Shown here: positions 8,712 to 18,113 of the stretch, one piece after another
Position numbering within the stretch: the first letter of the stretch is position 1
How the letters are laid out: each line of letters opens with the position of its first letter
Translations under genes and position numbers: made by a program
NCBI GenBank assembly: GCA_017625755.1
Contig: JAGAKG010000041.1
Span: forward strand, 1,709 to 65,708
Source of the DNA: Clostridia bacterium
GTDB taxonomy: Bacteria > Bacillota > Clostridia > Oscillospirales > CAG-272
Direction: 5' to 3'
DNA length: 64,000 nucleotides
The notes under the pieces: generated by a model
What the model was told of the DNA's origin: nothing
The model's input: only the letters and a program-made list of their open reading frames with translations
Databases searched by the model: none

Positions 8712-9388
8712 TAGTTATACTTCCTTTCTCCGAATATGGCGCTGCCTACTCTTACGAGCGTTGCGCCCTCCTTTATTGCGTATTCATAGCTTTCGCTCAT
8801 ACCCATTGAGAGTATTGCGTTATCTTCGTTTTTGAAAAGCGAATCAAACAGCTCCCTTGTGAGCGCAAAATATTTTCTGTATTCCGCCTCGCTTGAGCAT
8901 TTTGGCGCCATTGTCATAAGTCCGCGTACGCGAATATTTTTAAGAGCTCTTACCGAGGCGACGAGCGCTTCCGCATCCTCCGGCATAGCTCCACCCTTTT
9001 CTGCCTCGCGCCCTGAATTTATCTCTATAAGAACGTCCATCGTTTTGCCCAGCTTGGCGCATCTTTTGTCAATTTCCTCGGCAAGCGAAATGCTATCCAC
9101 GGAATGAATCATATCTACCTTGTCGCAGATATATTTTACCTTGTTTTTCTGTAGCGAGCCGATAAGGTGTATGCAAACGCTGTCCTTTTTTATTTCGTCA
9201 TATTTCTGCAAAAGCTCCTGAACTCTGTTTTCTCCGATGAGCGTAGCTCCGCTTTCGATAAGAAAATTTATATCCTCGGCGCTCTGCATTTTCGTTGCTA
9301 TGAGCATATCAACGCGTCTTCCGCCAGAAAGCTCGGATATTTTATCAAGCGTTGATCTGTAATTTTGTAAAAGCTGTTCCTTTGTCAT
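8711..9388 (-). CDS. yggS: YggS family pyridoxal-phosphate homeostasis protein
   Basis: LIATKMQ...IGENRVQE...LIGSLQKNKVK...SMGMSESYE..A...GATLVRVGSAIFG. Confidence 0.85.
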   Translation of the reverse strand: MTKEQLLQNYRSTLDKISELSGGRRVDMLIATKMQSAEDINFLIESGATLIGENRVQELLQKYDEIKKDSVCIHLIGSLQKNKVKYICDKVDMIHSVDSISLAEEIDKRCAKLGKTMDVLIEINSGREAEKGGAMPEDAEALVASVRALKNIRVRGLMTMAPKCSSEAEYRKYFALTRELFDSLFKNEDNAILSMGMSESYEYAIKEGATLVRVGSAIFGERKYN

Positions 9389-10308
9389 TTTGTTTCTCCA
9401 AGAAAACGCATTATATATGAAAAGGCGTCTTCCGTATCTATGGGTATTTTATGATAATTTTTCTTTCTTGAAAACCACGTAAGCTGACGCTTTGCGTAGT
9501 GACGTGTCGATAATTTGAGCTGAGCTATGCAATTTTCAAGTGTGTCCGCCCCTTTGAAATAAGGAATAAATTCCTTGTAGCCGATAGCTCCCGATGCGGT
9601 TTTTTCGGGTGAGAGTGATCCGTTTTCGTAAAGCGCGCGTGCCTCGTCGATAAGCCCTGAGGCTATCATTATATCTACGCGCTCCTCGATTTTTTTGTAG
9701 AGAAGCGCCTTGTCCTCGCAGGTGAGGAAGAACACGTGCGCCTCGTACGGCGGAGCTTGAAGGCGGGATCTTCTGTCCCATTCGGATTTGGTAATACCCG
9801 TGCATTTATATATTTCAAGCGCGCGAATAACACGCTTAACGTTGTTTTCGTGTGTTGCCTCGGCGCTTTCGGGGTCGATCTCCGTTAGCATTTTATGAAG
9901 CGCGCTATTTCCGTTTTCAGAGGCAAAAAGCTCTAAGGAGTGTCTGTATTTCTCGTCCTTTGCAGTATCGCAAAAAGATGGGATCTCTATTACGCTGTCA
10001 AGATAAAGTCCCGTGCCGCCACAGAATATCGGCGTTTTTTGGCGTGACGAGATATTCTCTATCGCTTCCTTTGCCAAAACGGCGTAATCCGCGCAGGAAA
10101 AGCTTTCGTTGGGATCTAAAATATCTATAAGATGATGAGGAACTGCGCTCAGCTCGTCCTTTGTTGCCTTGGCAGTGCCGATGTCCATCGTGCGATATAC
10201 CTGCATTGAATCACAGGAAATTATTTCGCCGTTAAGCGCTTTGGCGAGCCTGATGGCAAGAGAGCTTTTTCCGACGGCAGTAGGACCGACGATTGCAATT
10301 ACCTTCAT
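9385..10308 (-). CDS. miaA: tRNA dimethylallyltransferase
   Basis: P-loop GPTAVGKS, MDIGTAKAT and PHHLIDI. ATGA overlap with yggS. Confidence 0.9.
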   Translation of the reverse strand: MKVIAIVGPTAVGKSSLAIRLAKALNGEIISCDSMQVYRTMDIGTAKATKDELSAVPHHLIDILDPNESFSCADYAVLAKEAIENISSRQKTPIFCGGTGLYLDSVIEIPSFCDTAKDEKYRHSLELFASENGNSALHKMLTEIDPESAEATHENNVKRVIRALEIYKCTGITKSEWDRRSRLQAPPYEAHVFFLTCEDKALLYKKIEERVDIMIASGLIDEARALYENGSLSPEKTASGAIGYKEFIPYFKGADTLENCIAQLKLSTRHYAKRQLTWFSRKKNYHKIPIDTEDAFSYIMRFLGETK

Positions 10309-10408
10309 TTTTGCCTCCTCTTTTTATTTTAAGATTTTTTTGCTTCACCGTTGCGAGTAATTTGAATTAAGCCGATCTCATCGAAGGTATTTATCGATGA
10401 CTCGCCGG

Positions 10409-11509
10409 TCAAGCTTCTGTGTTTGCTTGAGGGTGAATGAGCATCGCATCTCCGAAGGAGAAGAACCTATATTTTTCGTCTACGGCGCATTTGTAAGCGT
10501 TCATAATTCCGTCCTTGCCGTAGAACGCGGAAACGAGCATAAGCAGAGTGCTCTCGGGCAGGTGAAAATTCGTTATAAGCGCGTCAACCGCCTTGAATTT
10601 GTATCCTGGGAAGATGAAAATGCCCGTATCGTCGCACACAGGGTGAACCGTTCCGCTTTCATCAGCGGCACTTTCAAGCGTACGGCACGAGGTTGTGCCA
10701 ACCGCGATTATTCTTCCGCCTGCGCGCCTTCTTTCGTTTATTATGTCGGCGCTTTGCTTTGTCACCTCTATATACTCGGTGTGCATTATATGATCTGTTA
10801 TACTGTCCTCTTTGACGGGGCGGAACGTGCCAAGACCTACGTGGAGCATAACGGGAACGATTTTAACGCCCTTTGCTTCTATTTTTTCAAGAAGCTCCTT
10901 CGTAAAATGAAGTCCCGCGGTGGGTGCGGCAGCCGAGCCGTTTTCGCGCGCGTATACGGTTTGGTATCTGTTCTTGTCCTCAAGCTTTTTCGTGATATAT
11001 GGCGGAAGGGGCATTGAGCCTATAATATCAAGCACCTCAAAAATGCTTGAATATTTATTTTTGTCGTAGCTAAAGGAAACTATTCTGTTTCCGTCCTCGA
11101 TAATTTCCTCGACGGTGGCGGTAAGAATATCGCCAAAACGAACACTCCCGCCGAGCTTTATCTTTTTTGCAGGGCGGAGAAGCACCTCGTATCGTTCGTT
11201 TTCTCTTTGCTTTAAAAGGAGCATTTCGATTTTTGACGGCTCGGATACGAAATCGTCACCGATTCGCACCTTTTCGCCGTATATGCGGGCGGGAATTACC
11301 CTTGAATCGTTTATAACGAGCGTGTCGCCCTCCTTCAAATAGTCGATGATATCGTAAAAATGCTTGTGCTCGATATTTCCGTCCTTTAAAACCATAAGCC
11401 TTGAATGGTCGCGAGGCTCGATTGGCGTTTGTGCGATAAGCTCGTTTGGAAGCTCGTAATAAAAATCGCTTGTACGAAGCGTAGTTTCGGGAAGTTTGTT
11501 TTTTATCAT
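10409..11509 (-). CDS. queA: S-adenosylmethionine:tRNA ribosyltransferase-isomerase
   Basis: [27 protein letters not shown]...[10 protein letters not shown]...[14 protein letters not shown] at 11509 preceded by AAAGGA. Confidence 0.9.
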   Translation of the reverse strand: MIKNKLPETTLRTSDFYYELPNELIAQTPIEPRDHSRLMVLKDGNIEHKHFYDIIDYLKEGDTLVINDSRVIPARIYGEKVRIGDDFVSEPSKIEMLLLKQRENERYEVLLRPAKKIKLGGSVRFGDILTATVEEIIEDGNRIVSFSYDKNKYSSIFEVLDIIGSMPLPPYITKKLEDKNRYQTVYARENGSAAAPTAGLHFTKELLEKIEAKGVKIVPVMLHVGLGTFRPVKEDSITDHIMHTEYIEVTKQSADIINERRRAGGRIIAVGTTSCRTLESAADESGTVHPVCDDTGIFIFPGYKFKAVDALITNFHLPESTLLMLVSAFYGKDGIMNAYKCAVDEKYRFFSFGDAMLIHPQANTEA

Positions 11510-11640
11510 TTTAAGTCCTTTAGTCAAAATTCAAAAATGTGAATATATTTGTATTAGAAAATGTAGTTCACCTTATAGTATATAATATTATTTTTATATT
11601 TTCAACCGATTTTTGAATTTTTGGAGGATTTTTTATAATT

Positions 11641-12525
11641 ATGAAAACAAAAACCGAAATATTTACGGGTATGGCAACTGCTCTTGTAACGCCGTTTTCC
11701 TCGGGCAGAGTGGATTACGAGGCGTACGGAAGGCTGATAGAGTATCAATTAAACGGGGGAGCTGATGCGCTTTGCGTTCTTGGAACTACAGGAGAAAGCG
11801 CAACCGTTTCTCTTAGGGAGAGAAAAAGCATCATCGCCTGCGCCAAGGAGAGAGTTAATAAAAAAGTGCCTATTTTGGTTGGCACGGGCTCAAACTATAC
11901 AGAAAGAACGCTTAAAATGACCGTTGAAGCGGAAAAAATGGGCGCGGATGCGTGTCTTGTCGTTACTCCGTATTACAATAAAACGAGCGAGGACGGGCTT
12001 ATAAAGCACTACAAAAAGGTGGCGGGGAGTGTCGATATTCCTATAATTTTATACGATGTTCCCTCGCGTACGGGAATGAAGATATCAAGATCGGTGTTGC
12101 GCGCTCTTAGCGAGGTAGAGAATATAGTCGCGATAAAGCAGGCAAATCCCGATCTTACAGAGGTCGGAAAGCAGATGGCGGAGTTTTACGGAAGGTACGA
12201 TTTTTATTCGGGTAATGACGAGCTGACTCTGCCGCTTCTCTCTCTCGGAGCAAGGGGCGTTATTTCGGCTGTCGGAAATATAATTCCAAACGAAATATCG
12301 ACACTCTGTCACGCCTTTTTTGCTAACGATATATCAAAAGCAAGAAGGCTTCAGCACTCTGTTGCCCCTCTTGTTGAGGAAATGTTTGCCGAGGTCAGCC
12401 CGATTCCTCTTAAATGCGCGCTTTCAAAAATGGGGCTTTGCAAAAACGAGCTGAGATTACCGCTTGCTCCATCAACAAGGGAAAAAGAGATCGAGCGCAT
12501 AATTTTAGACTTTATAAAAAATTAA
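11641..12525 (+). CDS. dapA: 4-hydroxy-tetrahydrodipicolinate synthase
   Basis: TALVTPF...VLGTTGES...VGTGSN...TPYYNK...LYDVPSRT. Confidence 0.9.
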   Translation: MKTKTEIFTGMATALVTPFSSGRVDYEAYGRLIEYQLNGGADALCVLGTTGESATVSLRERKSIIACAKERVNKKVPILVGTGSNYTERTLKMTVEAEKMGADACLVVTPYYNKTSEDGLIKHYKKVAGSVDIPIILYDVPSRTGMKISRSVLRALSEVENIVAIKQANPDLTEVGKQMAEFYGRYDFYSGNDELTLPLLSLGARGVISAVGNIIPNEISTLCHAFFANDISKARRLQHSVAPLVEEMFAEVSPIPLKCALSKMGLCKNELRLPLAPSTREKEIERIILDFIKN

Positions 12526-12592
12526 TTAGTTATTGACTTTATAAATATATTGTGATAAAATTAATTTACAATAAAATATAAGGAATCAAAAA

Positions 12593-13300
12593 ATGAAAAA
12601 AATCTTATCAATGATTCTTGCCTTTTGTTTTCTTGCTATGTCGATAGTGCTCGTTTCGTGCAAGCACGATCACGAGATCGATAATTTGAACGGCAAGAGC
12701 GCGCTTGATCTTATAACAAACGCCGAAAAGCAAATGAATCAAAGCAAAAATTATCATATAACCTTTGAGGAAACAGTCTCTACCGAAAAAGACGGCGTAA
12801 CGACCGACGTAACGTCTGCGGGAGAGGAAAAAAGAAACGTTACGGGTGAGTATTTCTATACCGCCACGACAGGCAGCTCTGTGATCACAAATGCATACGT
12901 TGACGGTATCTATTACAGATCAAACGGTGCTAAAAAGGAAAAGTATCCGCTTTCAAAGGACGAATTTATGGCGCAAACGTCGATATCTCTTTTCTTGGCA
13001 AGCGGTTATTTCAAGGATGCGAAATTCAAAGAGGACGCCGATAATTATACAACGTCAGTATCGCTTGAGGGCGAGGGGCTTGAATATATCGGAAAGATCT
13101 TTGGCGCTACCTGCACCAAGGCTGAATATTCCTTTACGTTCAAGGAAGGCGGATCGCTTTTGAGAGCTTATTCGTGCGTGATACTCGATTACGGCACTCA
13201 TACCAAAACCACAGAGCGCACAACGAACGTGGTGTCATTTGCGACGATTGATATATCTGCTCCTGCCGATGCGGATACCTACACACTTATTGAAAAATAA
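12593..13300 (+). CDS. Putative lipoprotein (paralog family, short member)
   Basis: Signal peptide with lipobox LVSC. The region DNLNGK...ITFEE...AYVDGIYYRSNG aligns by eye with the C-terminal half of 13330-14847. Confidence 0.7.
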   Translation: MKKILSMILAFCFLAMSIVLVSCKHDHEIDNLNGKSALDLITNAEKQMNQSKNYHITFEETVSTEKDGVTTDVTSAGEEKRNVTGEYFYTATTGSSVITNAYVDGIYYRSNGAKKEKYPLSKDEFMAQTSISLFLASGYFKDAKFKEDADNYTTSVSLEGEGLEYIGKIFGATCTKAEYSFTFKEGGSLLRAYSCVILDYGTHTKTTERTTNVVSFATIDISAPADADTYTLIEK

Positions 13301-13329
13301 AAAATTTTAAAATATATGGAGGAAAAACA

Positions 13330-14847
13330 ATGAAAAAACTTCTTTCACTTCTTCTCGTTTTTCTTATGACCTTTGCTCTTATCGCTTGTGATAGAGATAA
13401 TGATTCGGATGACGATGAGGATGAACCACTTACAATGAGTCAGATTCTTGAAAATCTTGACAAAGCAGACATCGACTATCAGAAAATGGACGATGAACTG
13501 ATCCTTTCCGGACTTGAGGAGCAATTCGTAAAGGATTACGAGCTTGAGGTAAACGTAAAGAGTGCAGCCGTTGCGCTCAGCGGTCTTTCGATAGTGGAAT
13601 TTTCCACGTCCTCAGAGGCTAAAAAGGTTTACAATGCCACAAAGGAAGATCCCGAAAGTGATGGAATGAGCGTTCGTCTTGAGGGTAAGGTAGTTCTCGT
13701 TGCTGCAAATGAGGAGCTTATCGACGCAGCTCTCGGCAAGGGCAAGGTGGACGAGGAAACAAGCCACAAGCACGAAACAAGCACCAAGGATGACGAAACC
13801 TCAACCTCAGCAGTTGTAGTTCCAAGCAAGGCTGACGTTGACAAGATGCTCGAAAACATCGAGAACGCAGGCTTTGAAGTAGCATTTATTCACGGAAGCG
13901 CAGAGGAACAGCTTAATGAGCTCTTGGGCTCAAACACCGCTGAAAACATTTATTTTTATGAGGGCACGCTCGTTGATGGTGATATAACCGTTCTTGAGTT
14001 TAAAACAAGCAAGGATGCTGATGCGGCATATAATGTTCTTCTTAAAGAGGGCTTTATCTGTGAGAAGACTATGAACGTCGTTGCTTACGCAGACAGAGAA
14101 ACTCTTGTTGATTTCGCTATAAACGGACCTAAGGAGCAGGATGACCTTAACGGTAAGAATCCCGAAACCATTTACAACGATGCTTACGAGCTTATTTCAA
14201 ATCTTACCAAGGGTAAAATCACTACGACACAAATAATCGATATGGATATGAATGCCGGCGGTCAGACCATGACACAGTCAGTAGTTCAAACAGTTGTAAA
14301 TTCTATTGACGGCAATAATTTCTATAACCATATTGAAAATCAAATGAATACCATTGAGGCTTGGTATATTAACGGAATGTACTATCAGAACAACAACGGA
14401 ACAAAGCAAAAGGGAGAGCTTGATATTGATGCTTATTATACCGTTCTCGGTCTTGATCCCGATCAGAAGTTCTTGGTAGGCGTTAGCCCCGATATGCTTA
14501 AGGACGTTAAGTTTGAGTCCTTAGCCGATATGTACTATCTCGTATTTACAATAGACGGTGAGCAATATACCGAAACTATGGGTAACGCTCTTGGCGATAT
14601 GTACGCTCAGTACGATGCTAAGATCAAGATTTCTGACGTTACTTACAGAGTTTACTTTGACGCAAACGGAAATATTCAGAATATGATGGCTGATTTTTCA
14701 ATGGATATGACAATGACGATAAGCGGTCAAAATGTTACTGTTTATGCTGAGGTTGATCAAAACTCTACATTCGAGAATATAGGAACAGAGGAAGTTACTG
14801 CTCCTTCGGATGCAAGCAGATATCAATCTGTTGTTTGGCAGTATTAA
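13330..14847 (+). CDS. Putative lipoprotein (paralog family, two-part architecture)
   Basis: GGAGG RBS and lipobox LIAC. The C-terminal half (DDLNGK...WYINGMYYQNNNG...FSMDMTMTISGQ) resembles 12593-13300. Confidence 0.7.
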   Translation: MKKLLSLLLVFLMTFALIACDRDNDSDDDEDEPLTMSQILENLDKADIDYQKMDDELILSGLEEQFVKDYELEVNVKSAAVALSGLSIVEFSTSSEAKKVYNATKEDPESDGMSVRLEGKVVLVAANEELIDAALGKGKVDEETSHKHETSTKDDETSTSAVVVPSKADVDKMLENIENAGFEVAFIHGSAEEQLNELLGSNTAENIYFYEGTLVDGDITVLEFKTSKDADAAYNVLLKEGFICEKTMNVVAYADRETLVDFAINGPKEQDDLNGKNPETIYNDAYELISNLTKGKITTTQIIDMDMNAGGQTMTQSVVQTVVNSIDGNNFYNHIENQMNTIEAWYINGMYYQNNNGTKQKGELDIDAYYTVLGLDPDQKFLVGVSPDMLKDVKFESLADMYYLVFTIDGEQYTETMGNALGDMYAQYDAKIKISDVTYRVYFDANGNIQNMMADFSMDMTMTISGQNVTVYAEVDQNSTFENIGTEEVTAPSDASRYQSVVWQY

Positions 14848-14862
14848 TTTAAATAAAATGAA

Positions 14863-14892
14863 AACAGTGCTGAATTTCAGCACTGTTTTTTT
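14863..14892 (+). terminator. Rho-independent terminator
   Basis: AACAGTGCTGAA/TTCAGCACTGTT hairpin followed by a T7 run. Confidence 0.8.
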
Positions 14893-14919
14893 GCAAATCG
14901 CTTTAATTTGAAATTCACT

Positions 14920-15053
14920 CACGACGGCGAGGAAAGGCAATGAAGTGAAGAGTGAAGAGTGAAAAGATAAGAGGGACTTCAAGAGAAAATGTGTCTGTAA
15001 AATCTAATAAAACAAAATAAAGTAAGGCTACTCGCCTGCGGTAGCTTGACCGC
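14920..15053. repeat. Copy of the dispersed intergenic repeat family
   Basis: ...GAAGAGTGAAAAGA...AGAGAAAATGTGTCTGTAAAATCTAATAAAACAAAATAAAGTAAGGCTACTCGCCTGCGGTAGCTTGACCGCC matches the units at 19938-20262. Its last ~25 nt overlap the 3' end of the GH92 gene. Confidence 0.7.
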
Positions 15054-16938
15054 CCGGGCAAAGCGGATATTTTTTCAAAAGCGCAAGAATGTACCAAGCA
15101 GACATACTTCCGTTGTCCTCGTCTCCCGGATAAGACTCCGGAGAAAAGCACTCGGCAAGAATTTTCGTAAGGAGCGCATCGCATTTTTCCTGTTCTCCTA
15201 TATATTCATAAAGGAACGGAATAGAGAACGACGGCTGATTTGAAATCGCGCATTGACCGAGCTCAACGGATGCCATCTCCGTCATTTCGTGTATTTCCGA
15301 GCCGTAACCGCCGACCCTGTATCGCGGAGCTTGGTATACGGTTTCGTCAAGGCGCTTTAAAAACGCATCCCTTCCGCCAATCATTTCGATAAGAGAGTCA
15401 AGCGCGTGCGGAACCGCGAAGGTCGTTTGCCAAGCACAGCCCTCGGTGTAATCACCGCCCCAGGATAAAGGATCGAAATCCTCTTTGAAATTACCGAGAG
15501 AGTCCTTAGGGCGCATAAATTTAGTTTCGGGGTCAAAAAGATTTTTGTAGCTTTCGGAGCGCTTTAAATATTCCTTTTCTATATCCGTGTAACCGAGAAT
15601 GCCCGCCACTCTTGCGATACACCAATCTCCGTAGGCAAAATCGAGGGTGAGGTTTACGCTTTCCTTTTCAAGATCGCAGGGGACGTATCCGTATTTTAAG
15701 TAATGCTCAATGCCCGAGCGACCGTATCTTTTATCCTTGGACGGAGTGGTTGCGTGATGTATCATAGCAAAAAGAAGCTCGTTTAAAAGCTCGCGCGAGC
15801 CAATTCCCCTTGCTGCGGCATCGGCAATTGTTGCATCAATAAGCGTGCTTGGCATACATCCCACCTCGCCAAGAGCGCTCCAACGCGGTAAATATCCACA
15901 TTCCTTGTAATCGTTAAGCGCGCTTTCGAGGAATTTTTCATAAAAATCGGGCGCAGTTATCGCAAAAAGCGGAAACGACGTGCGGTAAACGTCCCAAAAG
16001 CCGTAGCCTGTGTATCTTACACCCTCGCGAGTTTTGGCATCATAGGGCGAATAATGGACACATTGTCCGTTATTATCAAGTTCAAAGGCGGCGTGAGGAT
16101 ACAAAAAGGTTCTGTAAAGACACGAGTAGAAAATACGCATATCGCGCTCGGTCTTTATCGGAGCTTCAATGCAGGAAAGACGCTTTTCCCAGACACTCTC
16201 GGCGACTTTTTGAAGCTCGTTAAACGAAAGCGAGCCACATTCGCGCTCAAGAGAAGCAAGCGCCATATCGAAGCTTATGTAGGAAATAGCGATACGCGCC
16301 TCGACGTTTTTTGAATTTACAGACACGTGGAACGCATTTTCTGTTTTATATGAGCGTTCGGGATCTATTCCGTTTAAAAAACGGATCGCGTAGTACATTT
16401 TGAAGTCCTTGACATCGCCCTTCGCACAGTAATCGTTAGTGCCGAAAAGCGTAAGAGAGCCCTTGTCAAGATCAAATTCGGCGTTTCCGTAGATATTGAA
16501 AACCGAAAAATAAGGCTTTAGCATATTTTCATAGGTAAGTCTTATCGCGGCGCAGCGCTCCGTGGGAGTAAGCTCGAGCGTACATTCCGAGCGAAGAAAT
16601 TTTATTTTCAAAAAATCGGGGCGGAAAACGCTTTCTTCTATTCTGTATCCCGACCAAGCACCTGCGGGAGTGTCGCTTATTACGTCGTTTTGAGGGGTAA
16701 AAAGAACCGTTGCGTAATCGTCTATCCAAGGGCTTGGCTGATGAGTCAGACGAACGCCCTCAAGATATGGAGCGTTTGGAGAAAAGAACCACTCTCTTTT
16801 TTCGGAAAGCCTTTCCGTTTGAGGACAAAAGGAAATCATTCCGAAGGGGAGCTGTGTAAGCGGGAGCGTGTTTCCGCGTGAAAAGCGCGGAGAGGAGTCA
16901 CTGCCCATTTTTGTATTAACGTAAGAAATATAATTCAT
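15028..16938 (-). CDS. GH92 family alpha-mannosidase
   Basis: N-terminus VNTKMGS...GNTLPLTQLPFGMISFCPQT; SNQPSFSIPFLYEY; GDEDNGSMSAWYI (GH92-type NDD-GQMSAWY motif). Confidence 0.75.
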   Translation of the reverse strand: MNYISYVNTKMGSDSSPRFSRGNTLPLTQLPFGMISFCPQTERLSEKREWFFSPNAPYLEGVRLTHQPSPWIDDYATVLFTPQNDVISDTPAGAWSGYRIEESVFRPDFLKIKFLRSECTLELTPTERCAAIRLTYENMLKPYFSVFNIYGNAEFDLDKGSLTLFGTNDYCAKGDVKDFKMYYAIRFLNGIDPERSYKTENAFHVSVNSKNVEARIAISYISFDMALASLERECGSLSFNELQKVAESVWEKRLSCIEAPIKTERDMRIFYSCLYRTFLYPHAAFELDNNGQCVHYSPYDAKTREGVRYTGYGFWDVYRTSFPLFAITAPDFYEKFLESALNDYKECGYLPRWSALGEVGCMPSTLIDATIADAAARGIGSRELLNELLFAMIHHATTPSKDKRYGRSGIEHYLKYGYVPCDLEKESVNLTLDFAYGDWCIARVAGILGYTDIEKEYLKRSESYKNLFDPETKFMRPKDSLGNFKEDFDPLSWGGDYTEGCAWQTTFAVPHALDSLIEMIGGRDAFLKRLDETVYQAPRYRVGGYGSEIHEMTEMASVELGQCAISNQPSFSIPFLYEYIGEQEKCDALLTKILAECFSPESYPGDEDNGSMSAWYILALLKKYPLCPGGQATAGE

Positions 16939-17064
16939 ATAAGTCTCCTTAAGGTTGTTAATTTAATTGTAGCCTGCTTTTAGAAAATAGTCAAGTGATA
17001 ATTGACAAAAACAAAGCAAAGTGATATTATTTAATTAACAAACAATTTAAAAGGAGAAATTTTT

Positions 17065-17814
17065 ATGAGTATAGAGGTAATAAGTTTTAATATAAGATGC
17101 GCAAATGATCCTAACGGTCATTCGATAGATGAACGCGCACCGAGAGTGAAAAGCGTGATATCGCGCTTTGATGCCGATATAATCGGCTTTCAGGAATGTA
17201 CTCCCAAATGGCTCTCTTATATAGAGGAATACTATTCGGGCGAGTACGAGATCTTCAATAAATACCGTTACGCCGAGGAGGAGAGCGCTCCGTTGCTTTT
17301 CAAAAAATCGCGCTTTGAGTGCGAGGATAAGGGGTATTTTTGGTTTTCCGATACTCCGAATGTTGAATCAAGAGGCTGGGACGAGCTTTACAATTGCTAC
17401 AGAATCTGTATGTGGGCGATTTTGAAGGACAAGAAAACGGGCGAAAAAATACAGGTGATAAATACGCATTTCGGATTTGGAGATAACGGACAGATAAAAA
17501 GCGTAGGGCTTATGCGTGAAAGAGCAAGGGCTGTTGAATATCCCGTTGTTATGATGGGCGATTTTAATATGACGCCCGAAAATAAGGCGTATGCCGAGAT
17601 GACAAAGGACTTTTTTGACGTAAACGCGCAAACCAAAAACGATATGAGAGATACCTATCACGGCTACGGAAACGGTCACGGCTCGCATATAGATCATTTC
17701 TTTATAAATGAAGGCTTTGAGCCGATGGATTACGAAATGCTTGACGATACCTTTGACGGAAAATATCCGTCGGATCACTACGGAATAAGATGCGTTATCA
17801 AGACGAAATATTAA
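17065..17814 (+). CDS. Endonuclease/exonuclease/phosphatase (EEP) family protein
   Basis: VISFNIRC...DIIGFQE...MGDFN...SDHYGI. Confidence 0.8.
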   Translation: MSIEVISFNIRCANDPNGHSIDERAPRVKSVISRFDADIIGFQECTPKWLSYIEEYYSGEYEIFNKYRYAEEESAPLLFKKSRFECEDKGYFWFSDTPNVESRGWDELYNCYRICMWAILKDKKTGEKIQVINTHFGFGDNGQIKSVGLMRERARAVEYPVVMMGDFNMTPENKAYAEMTKDFFDVNAQTKNDMRDTYHGYGNGHGSHIDHFFINEGFEPMDYEMLDDTFDGKYPSDHYGIRCVIKTKY

Positions 17815-17842
17815 GCATTTGTTAATAAAAATAAATAAATTC

Positions 17843-17864
17843 ATTTGCATAGGTGCAAATTTTT
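17843..17864 (+). terminator. Rho-independent terminator
   Basis: ATTTGCA-TAGG-TGCAAAT hairpin followed by TTTT. Confidence 0.55.
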
Positions 17865-18034
17865 CTAAAAATATGAATGAAATGTTAATTTTTTGACAAG
17901 AAGATTATCAAAATCTGCCGAACCCTATGTGATATCAGAACTTCTTATTGTTAAATTCAACAAAACGAGAGGCTTCAATTTGTGCAATTTTCACAAATCG
18001 GCAGGGGGGGGGTTGGTTTTTTGTGCAAAAAGAC

Positions 18035-18063
18035 TTTACAAAGTTATTCGCATATGATATAAT
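18035..18063 (+). promoter_or_regulatory. Sigma-70-type promoter for the lipoprotein gene
   Basis: TTTACA, 17-nt spacer, TATAAT, about 50 nt upstream of the start codon at 18114. Confidence 0.65.
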
Positions 18064-18113
18064 ATGCAATACCGAGAAATACTCGTGATAAAAATTTTTA
18101 AAGGAGAAAAACA

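Noticed and set aside
10397-11017. 206-aa ORF on the plus strand
   Set aside because: It is antisense to queA, which has unambiguous signatures.
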